NCBI GenBank assembly: GCA_016788285.1
Contig: JAEUSW010000063.1
Location: 1 to 62,124 of the forward strand
DNA from: Flavobacteriales bacterium
Lineage (GTDB): Bacteria; Bacteroidota; Bacteroidia; Flavobacteriales_F; PHOS-HE28
Direction of reading: 5' to 3'
Length of the DNA: 62,124 nucleotides
In this document: positions 26,769 to 35,450 of the stretch, in pieces
Layout: every line of letters starts with the position of its first letter
Position numbering within the stretch: position 1 is the first letter of the stretch
Notes under the pieces: generated by a model
Databases searched by the model: none
What the model was told of the DNA's origin: nothing
Seen by the model: the letters and a program-made list of their open reading frames with translations, nothing else
Program-made: the position numbers and the translations under genes

Positions 26769-26884
26769 GGCGTCAAGGGTGTTTGAGTGGTGAATGATCG
26801 GATCACGAGGGCCACCCCCACGGCGATGCCAACGCACGCGATGCACACGAGCACCAGCTTCAACCACTTCGGCAGGGCGGCCAT
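26765..26884 (-). CDS. candidate 39-aa single-TM small protein, translationally coupled to the DUF2892 gene
   Basis: The rc frame reads MAALPKWLKLVLVCIACVGIAVGVALVIRSFTTQTPLTP. GC3 is high, and the TGA overlaps the ATGATG of the downstream gene. It is below the ORF-track size cutoff. Confidence 0.4.
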   Translation of the reverse strand: MAALPKWLKLVLVCIACVGIAVGVALVIRSFTTQTPLTP

Positions 26885-26929
26885 GCGGCGAAAGTGACGC
26901 CTCTTGCGCGCATGGGCCGGTGACCTGGG

Positions 26930-27559
26930 TCACCCGAGCACGCGGATGCCGCCGGGCAGCTGCCGGATGCGGCCCTCGTCCTCCAGCTTGCGCAGCGTAC
27001 GCGTGATCACTTCCCGCGCCGAGCCCAGCTCCTGGGCCAGACGCGCGTGGCGCACGTCCAGCAGCTCATCCCCCGTCACGCCCTTCAACCGCTTGAGGTG
27101 GTCCATCAGGCGCGTGGGCAGGTCGCCGAAGGCCACCTGCTCCACGGTGTGCAGCATGTCGTTGTAGCGCTCGTGGTACTGCTGGAAGAAGAGCTCGCTG
27201 AGCGACGGGTGCTCGCGCATCCACTGGCGCAGCTTGGCCTCGGGCACCATCAGCAGCTTGCTGGGGCGCTCGGCCACGGCGTTGATGCGGCTCGGCGTGC
27301 GGCCCGTCATGGCCGCGAAGCTCATCACGCAGCTGTCGCTCGGCTCGATGAAGTAGAGCAGCAGCTCCTTGTCCTCGTGGCCGATGAACACGCGCACCAG
27401 GCCCTCGAGCAGGATCGGCAGCTCGTGCACATACGCCCCTTCGTGCAACAGCTCGGTGCCGGCCGGCACCTCCACCACGCGGCCATCGGCCATCATCTTG
27501 CGCACCAGTTCGCCCTCCAGGGCGGGCATGGCCTTCATGGCCTGGGCCAGCTCATCCAT
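26930..27559 (-). CDS. Crp/Fnr-family transcriptional regulator
   Basis: 209 aa from MDELAQAMKAMPAL. cNMP-binding-like N-terminus and a C-terminal HTH (RLAQELGSAREVITRTLRKLEDEG). Confidence 0.9.
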   Translation of the reverse strand: MDELAQAMKAMPALEGELVRKMMADGRVVEVPAGTELLHEGAYVHELPILLEGLVRVFIGHEDKELLLYFIEPSDSCVMSFAAMTGRTPSRINAVAERPSKLLMVPEAKLRQWMREHPSLSELFFQQYHERYNDMLHTVEQVAFGDLPTRLMDHLKRLKGVTGDELLDVRHARLAQELGSAREVITRTLRKLEDEGRIRQLPGGIRVLG

Positions 27560-27577
27560 GGCCCCAAGATAGCCGCG

Positions 27578-27585
27578 TAAACTTG
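27578..27585 (+). promoter_or_regulatory. putative -7 box TAAACTTG, 4 nt upstream of the CDF ATG
   Basis: Near match to TAnnTTTG in the 30-nt divergent intergenic region. Confidence 0.35.
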
Positions 27586-27589
27586 CCGC

Positions 27590-28573
27590 ATGGAAGGGGG
27601 CCGTGCCAACATCCGCCTGCAGGCCTGGATCCTGGGCATCGGCGTGGCCGTGATGGCCGTGAAGTTCCTGGCCTGGCACCTCACCCACAGCACCACCCTG
27701 CTCAGCGACGCCCTGGAGAGCATCGTGAACGTGGTGGCCGGCGGCTTCGCCCTGTACAGCCTGATCCTGGCCGCCAAACCGCGCGACCGCGAGCACCCGT
27801 ACGGCCACGGCAAGGTCGAGTTCATCAGCGCCGGCATCGAGGGCGGACTGGTGATGCTGGCCGCGCTGCTCATCATCGCCCGTGCCGTGCAGGGCCTGCT
27901 CACCCATGCCCCGCTGCACGACATCGACACCGGCATCGGGCTCGCCATCGCCGCCGGCGCCATCAACCTGGTGATGGGGCTGATGCTGCGACGCCGCGGC
28001 CGCCTCAGCCATTCCATCACCCTGGAGGCCGGCGGCGCCCACCTGCTGAGCGATGCGTGGAGCACCGTGGCCCTGGTGGTGGGGCTGGTGCTGATCCGCT
28101 TCACCGGCCTGCTGTGGCTCGACCAGGTCTTCGCCATCGCCTTCGCCCTCTACATCCTGCTCACCGGCCTGCGGGTGTTCCGCCGCTCGGTGGCGGGCAT
28201 CATGGACGAGGCCGACCTGGAGCTGGGCGAACGCGTGGTGGCCGTGCTCGAACAGCACCGCCGTCCCTCCTGGGTGGACGTCCACAACTTCCGCATGATC
28301 GCCTACGGCAGTGTGCTGCATGTGGACTGCCACGTCACCCTGCCCTGGTACCACAGCCTGGAGGAGGCCCACCGCGAGATCGGCGCCATCGAGGCCGTGG
28401 TGAACGAACGCCTTGGCCGCACCGTGGAGCTCTTCATCCACATGGACCCCTGCATCCCCACCAGCTGCCGCATCTGCGCGCTGGACGGCTGCCCCCATCG
28501 CAAAGCGCCCTTCGCCGAGCGCATCCCGTGGAGCATCGACACGGTGCTGAGCAACCGCAAGCACGGCGCGTGA
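27590..28573 (+). CDS. cation diffusion facilitator (CDF) family metal efflux transporter
   Basis: LLSDALESIVN and HLLSDAWST are the TM2/TM5 metal-site motifs. C-terminal cytoplasmic domain is present. Confidence 0.9.
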   Translation: MEGGRANIRLQAWILGIGVAVMAVKFLAWHLTHSTTLLSDALESIVNVVAGGFALYSLILAAKPRDREHPYGHGKVEFISAGIEGGLVMLAALLIIARAVQGLLTHAPLHDIDTGIGLAIAAGAINLVMGLMLRRRGRLSHSITLEAGGAHLLSDAWSTVALVVGLVLIRFTGLLWLDQVFAIAFALYILLTGLRVFRRSVAGIMDEADLELGERVVAVLEQHRRPSWVDVHNFRMIAYGSVLHVDCHVTLPWYHSLEEAHREIGAIEAVVNERLGRTVELFIHMDPCIPTSCRICALDGCPHRKAPFAERIPWSIDTVLSNRKHGA

Positions 28574-28582
28574 AGCGATGGT

Positions 28583-28650
28583 CATGGGCTCATGTGCGCA
28601 TGTGCCCGTGTGCACATGTGCTCATGTGCGCATGACCACATGGGGACATC
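28583..28650 (+). repeat. octamer tandem array (CATGTGCN) x8
   Basis: catgggct catgtgcg catgtgcc cgtgtgca catgtgct catgtgcg catgacca catgggga, in strict 8-nt phase. Confidence 0.9.
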
Positions 28651-28729
28651 GACCGGATCGGTGGCCGGCCCGGGATGCATCCGGCACCCCTCGGTGACCC
28701 GCATCACCTCCGCACCGAACAGGCCCGGG

Positions 28730-28737
28730 TAGCTTTG
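28730..28737 (+). promoter_or_regulatory. -7 box TAGCTTTG (perfect TAnnTTTG), 21 nt upstream of the peroxiredoxin ATG
   Basis: It supports the ATG at 28759 as the start. Confidence 0.5.
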
Positions 28738-28758
28738 CCGCTGCAGATCCAACGACCC

Positions 28759-29409
28759 ATGGAAACCCCCATCCCGACCATGCCGCGCATCGGCGACAAG
28801 GCCCCCGATTTCGAGGCCAACACCACGCACGGCCCGTTGACGTTCAGTGAGTACATCAAGGACCACTGGACCATCCTGTTCAGCCATCCGGCGGACTTCA
28901 CCCCGGTGTGCACCACCGAGCTGAGCGAGTTCGCGCGGAACAAGGACTGGTTCGCCGCGCACAAGACCCGGTTGATCGGCCTCAGCATCGACAGCATCCA
29001 CAGCCACGTGGCCTGGGTGCAGAACGTGCGCGAGCGCACCGGCGTGTACCTGGACTTCCCGATCATCGCCGACATCGACATGCGCGTGTCCAAGCTGTAC
29101 GGCATGCTGCACGAGAACACGAGCAATACGGCGGCGGTGCGCGCGGTCTTCTTCATCGACCCCGCCGCCACCATCCGCCTGATCATGTACTACCCGCTGA
29201 ACGTGGGGCGCAACATGGACGAGATCATGCGCGTGCTGGAGGCCCTGCAGACCGCCGATGCCCACGCCTGCGCGATGCCGGTGAACTGGCGCAAGGGCGA
29301 CCAGGTGATCATCCCGCCGCCCAAGACCCTGAAGGACCTCGATGCCCGCCTGAAGGACGAGAGCCTGGAGAAGGTGGACTTCTACCTGGCGAAGAAGCAA
29401 CTGGCCTGA
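28759..29409 (+). CDS. 1-Cys peroxiredoxin (Prx6 family)
   Basis: GDKAPDFEANTTHG and FSHPADFTPVCTTE (peroxidatic Cys). An ATG at 28780 is an alternative start. Confidence 0.9.
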   Translation: METPIPTMPRIGDKAPDFEANTTHGPLTFSEYIKDHWTILFSHPADFTPVCTTELSEFARNKDWFAAHKTRLIGLSIDSIHSHVAWVQNVRERTGVYLDFPIIADIDMRVSKLYGMLHENTSNTAAVRAVFFIDPAATIRLIMYYPLNVGRNMDEIMRVLEALQTADAHACAMPVNWRKGDQVIIPPPKTLKDLDARLKDESLEKVDFYLAKKQLA

Positions 29410-29425
29410 GCCGAACGGATCGTGT

Positions 29426-29454
29426 CGAGCGCCCTGCCCTGTGCGGGGCGTTCG
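29426..29454 (+). terminator. weak hairpin after the peroxiredoxin gene (9-bp stem with one G-U)
   Basis: CGAGCGCCC (29426-29434) pairs with GGGCGTTCG (29446-29454). There is no U-tract. Confidence 0.3.
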
Positions 29455-29478
29455 CGCATCAGGGCATGGGCTCCGTCC

Positions 29479-29833
29479 CGCTCCGCGTGACCGCTACCCC
29501 CCAAAGCACAGAAGCGCCCTCTGGGGGCGCTTCCGCTTCGGGTGGAAGACCGGGCTTCCCGCTCCCATCCGGAGCCGGATGGTGCGGGATGAACTTCCCG
29601 CCCTTGGCGCCTTCAGCGCCGATCTCGCTCCGCGTGATCGCTTCCCCCCAAAGCACAGAAGCGCCCTCTGGGGGCGCTTCCGCTTCGGGTGGAAGACCGG
29701 GCTTCCCGCTCCCATCCGGAGCCGGATGGTGCGGGATGAACTTCTCGCCCTTGGCGCCTTCAGCGCCGATCACGCTCCGCGTGATCGCTTCCCCCAAAGC
29801 ACAGAAGCGCCCTCTGGGGGCGCTTCCGCTTCG

Positions 29834-29849
<16 letters not shown>
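29479..29849 (-). repeat. 146/147-bp tandem repeat (about 2.5 units), each unit containing a copy of the last 17 nt of tRNA-His
   Basis: Unit phases start at 29479, 29626 and 29773. The 17-mer (plus strand gggtggaagaccgggct) lies at 29540-29556, 29687-29703 and 29833-29849. Copies differ by a few SNPs and one 1-nt indel. Confidence 0.9.
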
Positions 29850-29908
<59 letters not shown>

Positions 29909-29937
29909 ATGTCCCCATCGCGGGAGCAACGGGGCCG

Positions 29938-29945
29938 CAAATATA
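29938..29945 (-). promoter_or_regulatory. -7 box TATATTTG (perfect TAnnTTTG), 29 nt upstream of the tRNA-His 5' end
   Basis: rc of caaatata, in a locally AT-rich patch. Confidence 0.5.
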
Positions 29946-30002
29946 AGGGCCCTTGCCCTTGCCCCGATCGGCCCGCAGGGGCTGCCTACCTTGCGCCGGG
30001 CG

Positions 30003-31145
30003 ATGCACGTGCTCCTGATCCCCAAGTGGTACCCCGGTCCCCGCGACCCGCAGTTGGGCGACTTCATCCGCAAGCAGGCCCTGGCGCTGGCCCGCCATAC
30101 GCCGGTGAGCGTGCTGGTGGTACAGGCCGATCCCGATGCCCCCGCTCCGATGACCCTCACGTCCGGCACCGTCGACGGGCTGTGGGAGCTGCGCGCCGTG
30201 TACTGCGCCTGCACCTGGCCGCTGGCGCCGCTGCGCAAGGCCGTCAACCTGTGGCGCCACCTGCGCACCGCAGCGCGCGCGCTGCGGGTCCTGGAGCGTG
30301 ATCGGCCGGCCGTGGACCTGGTGCTGGCCTACATCCTGGTGCGGCCCGCGCTGACCGCCCTGCGCCTGCGCAGGCGCGGCATCCCCTTCGTGCTGGCCGA
30401 GCAGAGCAGCGAGTACCTGGACGGCACCTTCGACCGGAAAGGGCCGCTCTTCCGGGCCTTCGTCCGCGCCATCGCCCGCCGCGCCCGCGCCTTCATCGCC
30501 GTGAGCCCTCACCTGGGCGCGGCCCTCGCGCGCCACGGCCTGTGCACCGACGCGGTGGTGGTGCCCAACACCATCCCGGGGCTCGATCGCCCGCTGCCGC
30601 CCGCCGGCCCGCCCGGCCACTTCCTGATGGTGGCCGATCTGGTGGACCGCATCAAGCGGGTGAGCGGCGTGCTGCGCGCCCTGGCCCAGGCCCGTGCGCA
30701 CGAACCGTCGCTCCGGCTCACCGTGATCGGCGATGGCCCGGACCGCGCCGACCTGGAGGCGCTGACGCGCGCGCTCGGCCTCGCCGACCACGTGCGGTTC
30801 CTCGGCCGCCTGCCCAATGCCGCGGTGCTCGACCACATGGCCCGCACCTTCGCCGTCGTGGTGAACAGCCGGGTGGAGACCTTCAGCGTGGTGACGGGCG
30901 AGGCGCTGGCCCAGGGGCGTCCGGTGATCGCCACACGCTGCGGCGGCCCTGAAGCGTTCATCACCCCGATGAACGGCCTGCTGATCCCCGTGGACGATGA
31001 CGCCGTGCTGGCCGACGCGCTGGTGCGGCTCACCCGCGAGGCCGACCGGTACCGGCCCGACGCCATCCGTGCCGGGGTGAACGACCGCTACGGACCCGAC
31101 GCCGTGGGCCGGACCCTGCTGCGCGCCCTCCAACAGGCCCGATGA
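30003..31145 (+). CDS. glycosyltransferase family 4
   Basis: Starts MHVLLIPKWYPGPRDPQLGDF and carries the GT-B C-terminal block ETFSVVTGEALAQGRPVIATRCGGPEAFI. The track start at 29991 is the TTG of the promoter box. Confidence 0.85.
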   Translation: MHVLLIPKWYPGPRDPQLGDFIRKQALALARHTPVSVLVVQADPDAPAPMTLTSGTVDGLWELRAVYCACTWPLAPLRKAVNLWRHLRTAARALRVLERDRPAVDLVLAYILVRPALTALRLRRRGIPFVLAEQSSEYLDGTFDRKGPLFRAFVRAIARRARAFIAVSPHLGAALARHGLCTDAVVVPNTIPGLDRPLPPAGPPGHFLMVADLVDRIKRVSGVLRALAQARAHEPSLRLTVIGDGPDRADLEALTRALGLADHVRFLGRLPNAAVLDHMARTFAVVVNSRVETFSVVTGEALAQGRPVIATRCGGPEAFITPMNGLLIPVDDDAVLADALVRLTREADRYRPDAIRAGVNDRYGPDAVGRTLLRALQQAR

Positions 31146-32839
31146 ACGCCACCGAACCCCGGCTCCGCGTGGGCCTGCTGTGCGATGGGGCCGTGCTGCA
31201 GCACTGGCAGGCCGAATGCCTGCGCCACGTGCTGGCCGTGGATGGCGTGGACCTGGTGCTCGTGGTGAGGCCCACACCCACCCCGCCCGCATCGCGCAGC
31301 CTGGGGCAGCGGCTCCTTCGCCATCCCTGGCGGATCTCGCTCTACCTGCGCTACCGCCGGAAGCACTTCAGGCCGGCCGCGATGGCGCCCGAGGACATGA
31401 GCGGCGTCCTCCACGGCGTGCCGGCGATCGCGTGCACCGTGGAACGCCGCGGGCACGGGCAGTACTTCAGCGCCCAGGACATCGCCCGCATCCGCGCGCA
31501 CCGCCCCGACGTGCTGCTGCGCTTCGGCTTCAACATCCTGCGGGGCGACGTGCTGGAGGCGGCCACCCACGGGGTGTGGAGCTTCCACCACGGCGATGAG
31601 GAGCACTACCGCGGCGGCCCGCCGGGCCTCTGGGAACTGCTGCGCGGCGAACCCGTGATGGGCGCCGTGCTGCAGCGGCTCACCGAGAAGCTCGACGGCG
31701 GCCGCATCCTGCACAAGGGCTGGTTCGGCGTGGTGGACCATTCCCTGCGGGAGACGGTGGACACCGTGCTGCGCCACAGTGCCAGCTGGCCCGCGCTGGT
31801 GATGCGCCGCATCCTGGCCGGCGATCCCGAGGCCGCCCAGGGCCGCCAGAGCGGCACCACCGCGCCGGTCCTTCGCTATCCCGGCAACCTCACCTTCCTG
31901 CGCTTCCTCGTCGTGCAGCTGCGCAACAAGCTGCGCTTCCACCGCGCATCGCTCACGCGGCACGAGGAGTGGAACATCGGCGTGCTGAACCAGCCGATCC
32001 ACCGGCTGCTCGAGGAGAAGCCCAGCCTCAACGTGCGCTGGCTTCCGGCGCCCGCCGAGCGCTCGTTCCGCGCCGATCCCTTCGGGTTCACCGATGCCGA
32101 GGGGCAGCTGCATGTGCTGTACGAGAAGTACGACCATGCGCGCGCCAAAGGCGAGATCGCGCGCCTCCGGCCCAAGCGCGACAACGTGCTGAAGCGCTCG
32201 CGCACGCTGCTCGACCTACCGCAGCACCTCTCCTACCCGTTCGTGCTGCAGCATGAGGGGCGCATCTGCGTGATCCCCGAGCAGGCGGCGCTGGGCTGCG
32301 TGCAGCTCTATGTGCTCGACGAAGCGCTCTCCCGCATGGACCCCGTGGCCACCCTGCTGGAGGAGCCGCTGTACGACCCCACCCCGGTGCACTGGAACGG
32401 CCGCTGGTGGCTCTTCGGCACCAAGGCGCCGCTCACCAACACCGAGCTCTTCCTGTACCACGCCGCGGACCTCCACGGACCCTACCTGCCGCATCCCCTC
32501 AACCCGGTGAAGACCGATGTGCGCTCCGCGCGTCCGGCCGGCACGCCCTTCGTGCACCACGGCGTGCTGCACCGCCCGGGACAGGACAGCAGCCTCACCT
32601 ACGGGGGCCGTGTGGTGTTCCACCGCGTGTTGGAGCTGAGCCCCACGGCCTTCCGGGAGGAGGCCGTGCGCACCGTGGGTCCCATCACCAACAGCGCCTA
32701 CAGCAAGGGCCTGCACACGGTGAGCGCCGTGGGCGATGTGACGCTCGTCGACGGCAAACGGTTCCTCCGGGTGCCCGACCGGGCCGCGCGCGAACGCCAG
32801 CGGAAACTGTCCACCCTCCTCGCCCGGCTGCGCCCATGA
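31142..32839 (+). CDS. fusion protein: formyltransferase-like N-terminal domain plus a beta-propeller-like C-terminal domain (GH43-like / GINT1-like)
   Basis: The N-terminal FGFNILRGDVL...VWSFHHGDEEHYRGGPPG resembles the Fmt/PurN HxxxD...YRG core. The C-terminal ~330 aa carries WNGRWWLFGT-type blades. 4-nt overlaps with both neighbours. Confidence 0.65.
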   Translation: MNATEPRLRVGLLCDGAVLQHWQAECLRHVLAVDGVDLVLVVRPTPTPPASRSLGQRLLRHPWRISLYLRYRRKHFRPAAMAPEDMSGVLHGVPAIACTVERRGHGQYFSAQDIARIRAHRPDVLLRFGFNILRGDVLEAATHGVWSFHHGDEEHYRGGPPGLWELLRGEPVMGAVLQRLTEKLDGGRILHKGWFGVVDHSLRETVDTVLRHSASWPALVMRRILAGDPEAAQGRQSGTTAPVLRYPGNLTFLRFLVVQLRNKLRFHRASLTRHEEWNIGVLNQPIHRLLEEKPSLNVRWLPAPAERSFRADPFGFTDAEGQLHVLYEKYDHARAKGEIARLRPKRDNVLKRSRTLLDLPQHLSYPFVLQHEGRICVIPEQAALGCVQLYVLDEALSRMDPVATLLEEPLYDPTPVHWNGRWWLFGTKAPLTNTELFLYHAADLHGPYLPHPLNPVKTDVRSARPAGTPFVHHGVLHRPGQDSSLTYGGRVVFHRVLELSPTAFREEAVRTVGPITNSAYSKGLHTVSAVGDVTLVDGKRFLRVPDRAARERQRKLSTLLARLRP

Positions 32840-34089
32840 TCCGCCCCGCCATCGGTTCGGTGATCGCCCGTGCGTGGACCACGCTGGCGAACCTGCTGGT
32901 GATCATGGTGGCCGGCCACCTGCTGGGCGCGGAGGGCCTGGGCTCCATCAGCCTCATCGTGCTCGCCATCACGCTCGTCCAACTGCTGAACAACGTGGTG
33001 GGCGGCGGTGCGCTGGTGCACTTGGTTCCCCGCGCGCCGCTGGCCGCCCTGCTGCGTCCCGCCTACGGCTGGGCCGTGCTCACCGCCCTGGTCGCCTTCG
33101 CGGTCCTGGAACTGTTGCCGCTGGTCCCGCACGGGCTCGCCGGTCATGTCGTGGTCCTCGCCCTGATGCAATCGTTCTACACGATCCACCTGAACGTGCT
33201 CCTCGGCCGGCAGCGCATCGCGGCCTACAACCGGATCACCGCCCTGCACGGGCTGGTGCTGCTCGTCGCGTTCACGGCCCTGGTGCGCACACCGGGAGGC
33301 GCTTCGGTGGAGGCCTATGTGCAGGCCTCCTACGCGGCCTTCGCCACCACACTGGCCCTCAGTGCCTGGGCCCTGGTGCAGCGCGCACCGGGCGGCGCAT
33401 TGCCCGGGGTGGACGGCCTGCTGCGCCGCATGGTGCTGCAGGGGCTGCACGTGCAGGGGGCCAACACCATGCAGCTGCTGAACTACCGCTTCGCCTACTA
33501 CCTGATCGAGCACTTCCAGGGGCTGGCCGCGCTGGGCGTGTATTCGGTGGCGACGCAGCTGGCCGAGGGTGCCTGGCTGGTGCCGCGCAGCCTGGGCATG
33601 GTGCTGTACAGCGCGGTGAGCAACGAGCCGGCCGCCGAGCGGCAGCGCGCGCTCACCCTCACGGTGTTCAAGGCCTCGGTGGCGGCCTCGACCGCCGCCC
33701 TGCTGGTGGCGCTGCTGCTGCCCAACGCGGTGTACGCCCTCCTCTTCGGGGCCGAAGTGAACGGCGTGCGCCCGCTGCTGGCCTGCCTGGCGCCCGGCAT
33801 CGTGGGCATGGCCGCCTCGCAGGCCTACAGCCACTACTTCAGCGGCGTGGGCCGCAACGTGCACAATGCCGTCGGCTCGGGGCTTGGCCTGTTGGTGACG
33901 ATCGGCGCCGGTCTGGTGCTGGTGCCCGCCTGGGGCACCGTGGGCGCGGCCATGACCGCTTCGCTGGCCTACCTGGTGAACGCCGCGTACCAGGGCTGGC
34001 GTTTCGCCGCCCTCAGCGGTGCCCGCCTCCGCGATCACCGGCCCGGCCGTGCGGACCTCGACCGGTTGCGCCGGCTGGTGGGGCGTTGA
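32836..34089 (+). CDS. polysaccharide/oligosaccharide flippase (Wzx/MOP superfamily)
   Basis: The ATG at 32836 overlaps the upstream stop. About 12 predicted TM helices, starting MIRPAIGSVIARAWTTLANLLVIMVAG. Confidence 0.8.
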   Translation: MIRPAIGSVIARAWTTLANLLVIMVAGHLLGAEGLGSISLIVLAITLVQLLNNVVGGGALVHLVPRAPLAALLRPAYGWAVLTALVAFAVLELLPLVPHGLAGHVVVLALMQSFYTIHLNVLLGRQRIAAYNRITALHGLVLLVAFTALVRTPGGASVEAYVQASYAAFATTLALSAWALVQRAPGGALPGVDGLLRRMVLQGLHVQGANTMQLLNYRFAYYLIEHFQGLAALGVYSVATQLAEGAWLVPRSLGMVLYSAVSNEPAAERQRALTLTVFKASVAASTAALLVALLLPNAVYALLFGAEVNGVRPLLACLAPGIVGMAASQAYSHYFSGVGRNVHNAVGSGLGLLVTIGAGLVLVPAWGTVGAAMTASLAYLVNAAYQGWRFAALSGARLRDHRPGRADLDRLRRLVGR

Positions 34090-34096
34090 GCCGCCC

Positions 34097-34822
34097 TCAC
34101 GCCAGCTCCATCACGTCGCGGACGCCCGGCGCGCGCTGCACGGTGAACCCTTCGCCGTACGGCGCGTGGATGATGCGCCCCATCGCCCGGTGCCGCCCTT
34201 CCAGGAAAGGCAGGAACTCCCGCGTGGCGATCGGGCTCTCCGGTTCGGTGCTGGTGGGGTCGTAGAACTGCGAGCGGAAACACATCAGCGCCTCCATCTT
34301 GCGGTCCCAGAACGGAGTGATGTCCACCACCAGGTCGGGATCGATCCAGTTGTCCTGCACGCAGTGCAGCAAGGTGGTGGGCCGCCAGGGCTCCTGGGGC
34401 TTTCCGCCGAAGATGGTGTCGATGCGCCGCAGGCCGCTGAGGAACGCGGCCTCCCGCACCAGGTCCGCGCCACGGCCGTGATCGGGGTGGCGGTCGCGCA
34501 CCGCGTTGGCGATCACCACCCGGGGGCGGTGCAGGCGCAGCACGGTGACGACCTTGAGCAGCACCTCGCGCTCCGACCGGAAGAACCCGTCGGGCAGGCC
34601 CAGGTCATAGCGGAACCGCGCGCCGATGACCTTCATGGCCGCCTCGGCCTCCTGGCGGCGCAGGGTGGCGCTGCCGCGCGTGCCCAGTTCGCCGGCCGTC
34701 AACTCCACCAGGCCCACGCTGTGGCCCAGCTCGATCTGCCGCATCAGGGTGCCGGCGCAGGAGATCTCCGCGTCATCGGGGTGCGCGGTGATGCAAAGGA
34801 TGTCGACCGGTCCGCCGTGCAT
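34097..34822 (-). CDS. bshB1: bacillithiol biosynthesis deacetylase BshB1 (PIG-L/LmbE family)
   Basis: ILCITAHPDDAEISCAGT and RDRHPDHGRG. The ATG at 34822 (MHGGPVD) is preceded by CATCTTTG plus 7 nt; the track start at 34846 is a TTG. Confidence 0.85.
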   Translation of the reverse strand: MHGGPVDILCITAHPDDAEISCAGTLMRQIELGHSVGLVELTAGELGTRGSATLRRQEAEAAMKVIGARFRYDLGLPDGFFRSEREVLLKVVTVLRLHRPRVVIANAVRDRHPDHGRGADLVREAAFLSGLRRIDTIFGGKPQEPWRPTTLLHCVQDNWIDPDLVVDITPFWDRKMEALMCFRSQFYDPTSTEPESPIATREFLPFLEGRHRAMGRIIHAPYGEGFTVQRAPGVRDVMELA

Positions 34823-34865
34823 GATGCTGCAAAGATGATCGGACAAGGCCAGCGAAGCAGGCCCC

Positions 34866-35450
34866 TCACCCTTCCACCCAGGCCACCACCGCCGGGTCGA
34901 GGGGGCTCACACTGCTCGGCAGCTCCTTCTGCAGCACGCCCTGCTCGTCGATCAGGAACTTGTGGAAGTTCCACTTCACCTCCGCGTCCAGCGTACCGTT
35001 CCGGTCGCGATGGGTGAGCCAGTCGTACACGGGGTGCTGATCCGCGCCCGTGGTGCGCACCTTGCTCATCAGGGGGAAGGTGACGCCGTAGTTCTTCGAA
35101 CAGAAGGCCGCGATCTCCGCCTCGGCGCCCGGTTCCTGGCCGCCGAAGTCGTTGCTGGGGAAGCCGAGCACCACGAGCCCCTTGTCCTTGTGCGCGGCAT
35201 AGAGATCCTGCAGTTCGGCGTACTGGGGCGTGTAGCCGCACTCGCTCGCGGTGTTCACGATCAGGACCTTGCGGCCCTTCAACTGCTCGAACGCGAAGGG
35301 CTTGCCATCGATGGTGGTGGCGGAGAGGGCGTGGAACTGCGGCATGGTCGGAGTGGCTTCCGTCGGGTCGGACGAGGGGGGCGTGGAGGCCTCGGGCGGT
35401 GCGCCACAGGCGACCAGCGCGCCGAACAGCCAGGGGGTGAACCGGTTCAT
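34866..35450 (-). CDS. glutathione-peroxidase-family protein (Cys type), lipoprotein signal
   Basis: Starts MNRFTPWLFGALVACG (lipobox). NTASECGYTPQY, LGFPSNDFGGQEPG and KWNFHKFLI. Confidence 0.9.
   Translation of the reverse strand: MNRFTPWLFGALVACGAPPEASTPPSSDPTEATPTMPQFHALSATTIDGKPFAFEQLKGRKVLIVNTASECGYTPQYAELQDLYAAHKDKGLVVLGFPSNDFGGQEPGAEAEIAAFCSKNYGVTFPLMSKVRTTGADQHPVYDWLTHRDRNGTLDAEVKWNFHKFLIDEQGVLQKELPSSVSPLDPAVVAWVEG

Noticed and set aside
28584-28697. 37-aa Cys/His-rich peptide (MGSCAHVPVCTCAHV...) next to the CDF metal exporter, and the similar MTMCPCAHVPLCSCAHV ORF at 10040-10402. I considered these as metal-binding peptides or RiPP precursors.
   Set aside because: The Cys/His pattern is a by-product of translating an 8-nt repeat, which is not a codon multiple. 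The same DNA repeat occurs at an unrelated locus, and the 10402 start is a TTG. I treat both as DNA-level repeats.
34844-34846. TTG/GTG codons shown as M in the ORF track (34846, 10250, 26475, 29991, 57687, 19179), considered as true starts.
   Set aside because: Downstream in-frame ATGs give proper signal peptides or family N-termini. Four of the TTGs (10250, 26475, 29991, 57687) are the TTG of the -7 promoter box itself. The GTG at 47881 was kept because no ATG alternative exists and the box spacing fits.
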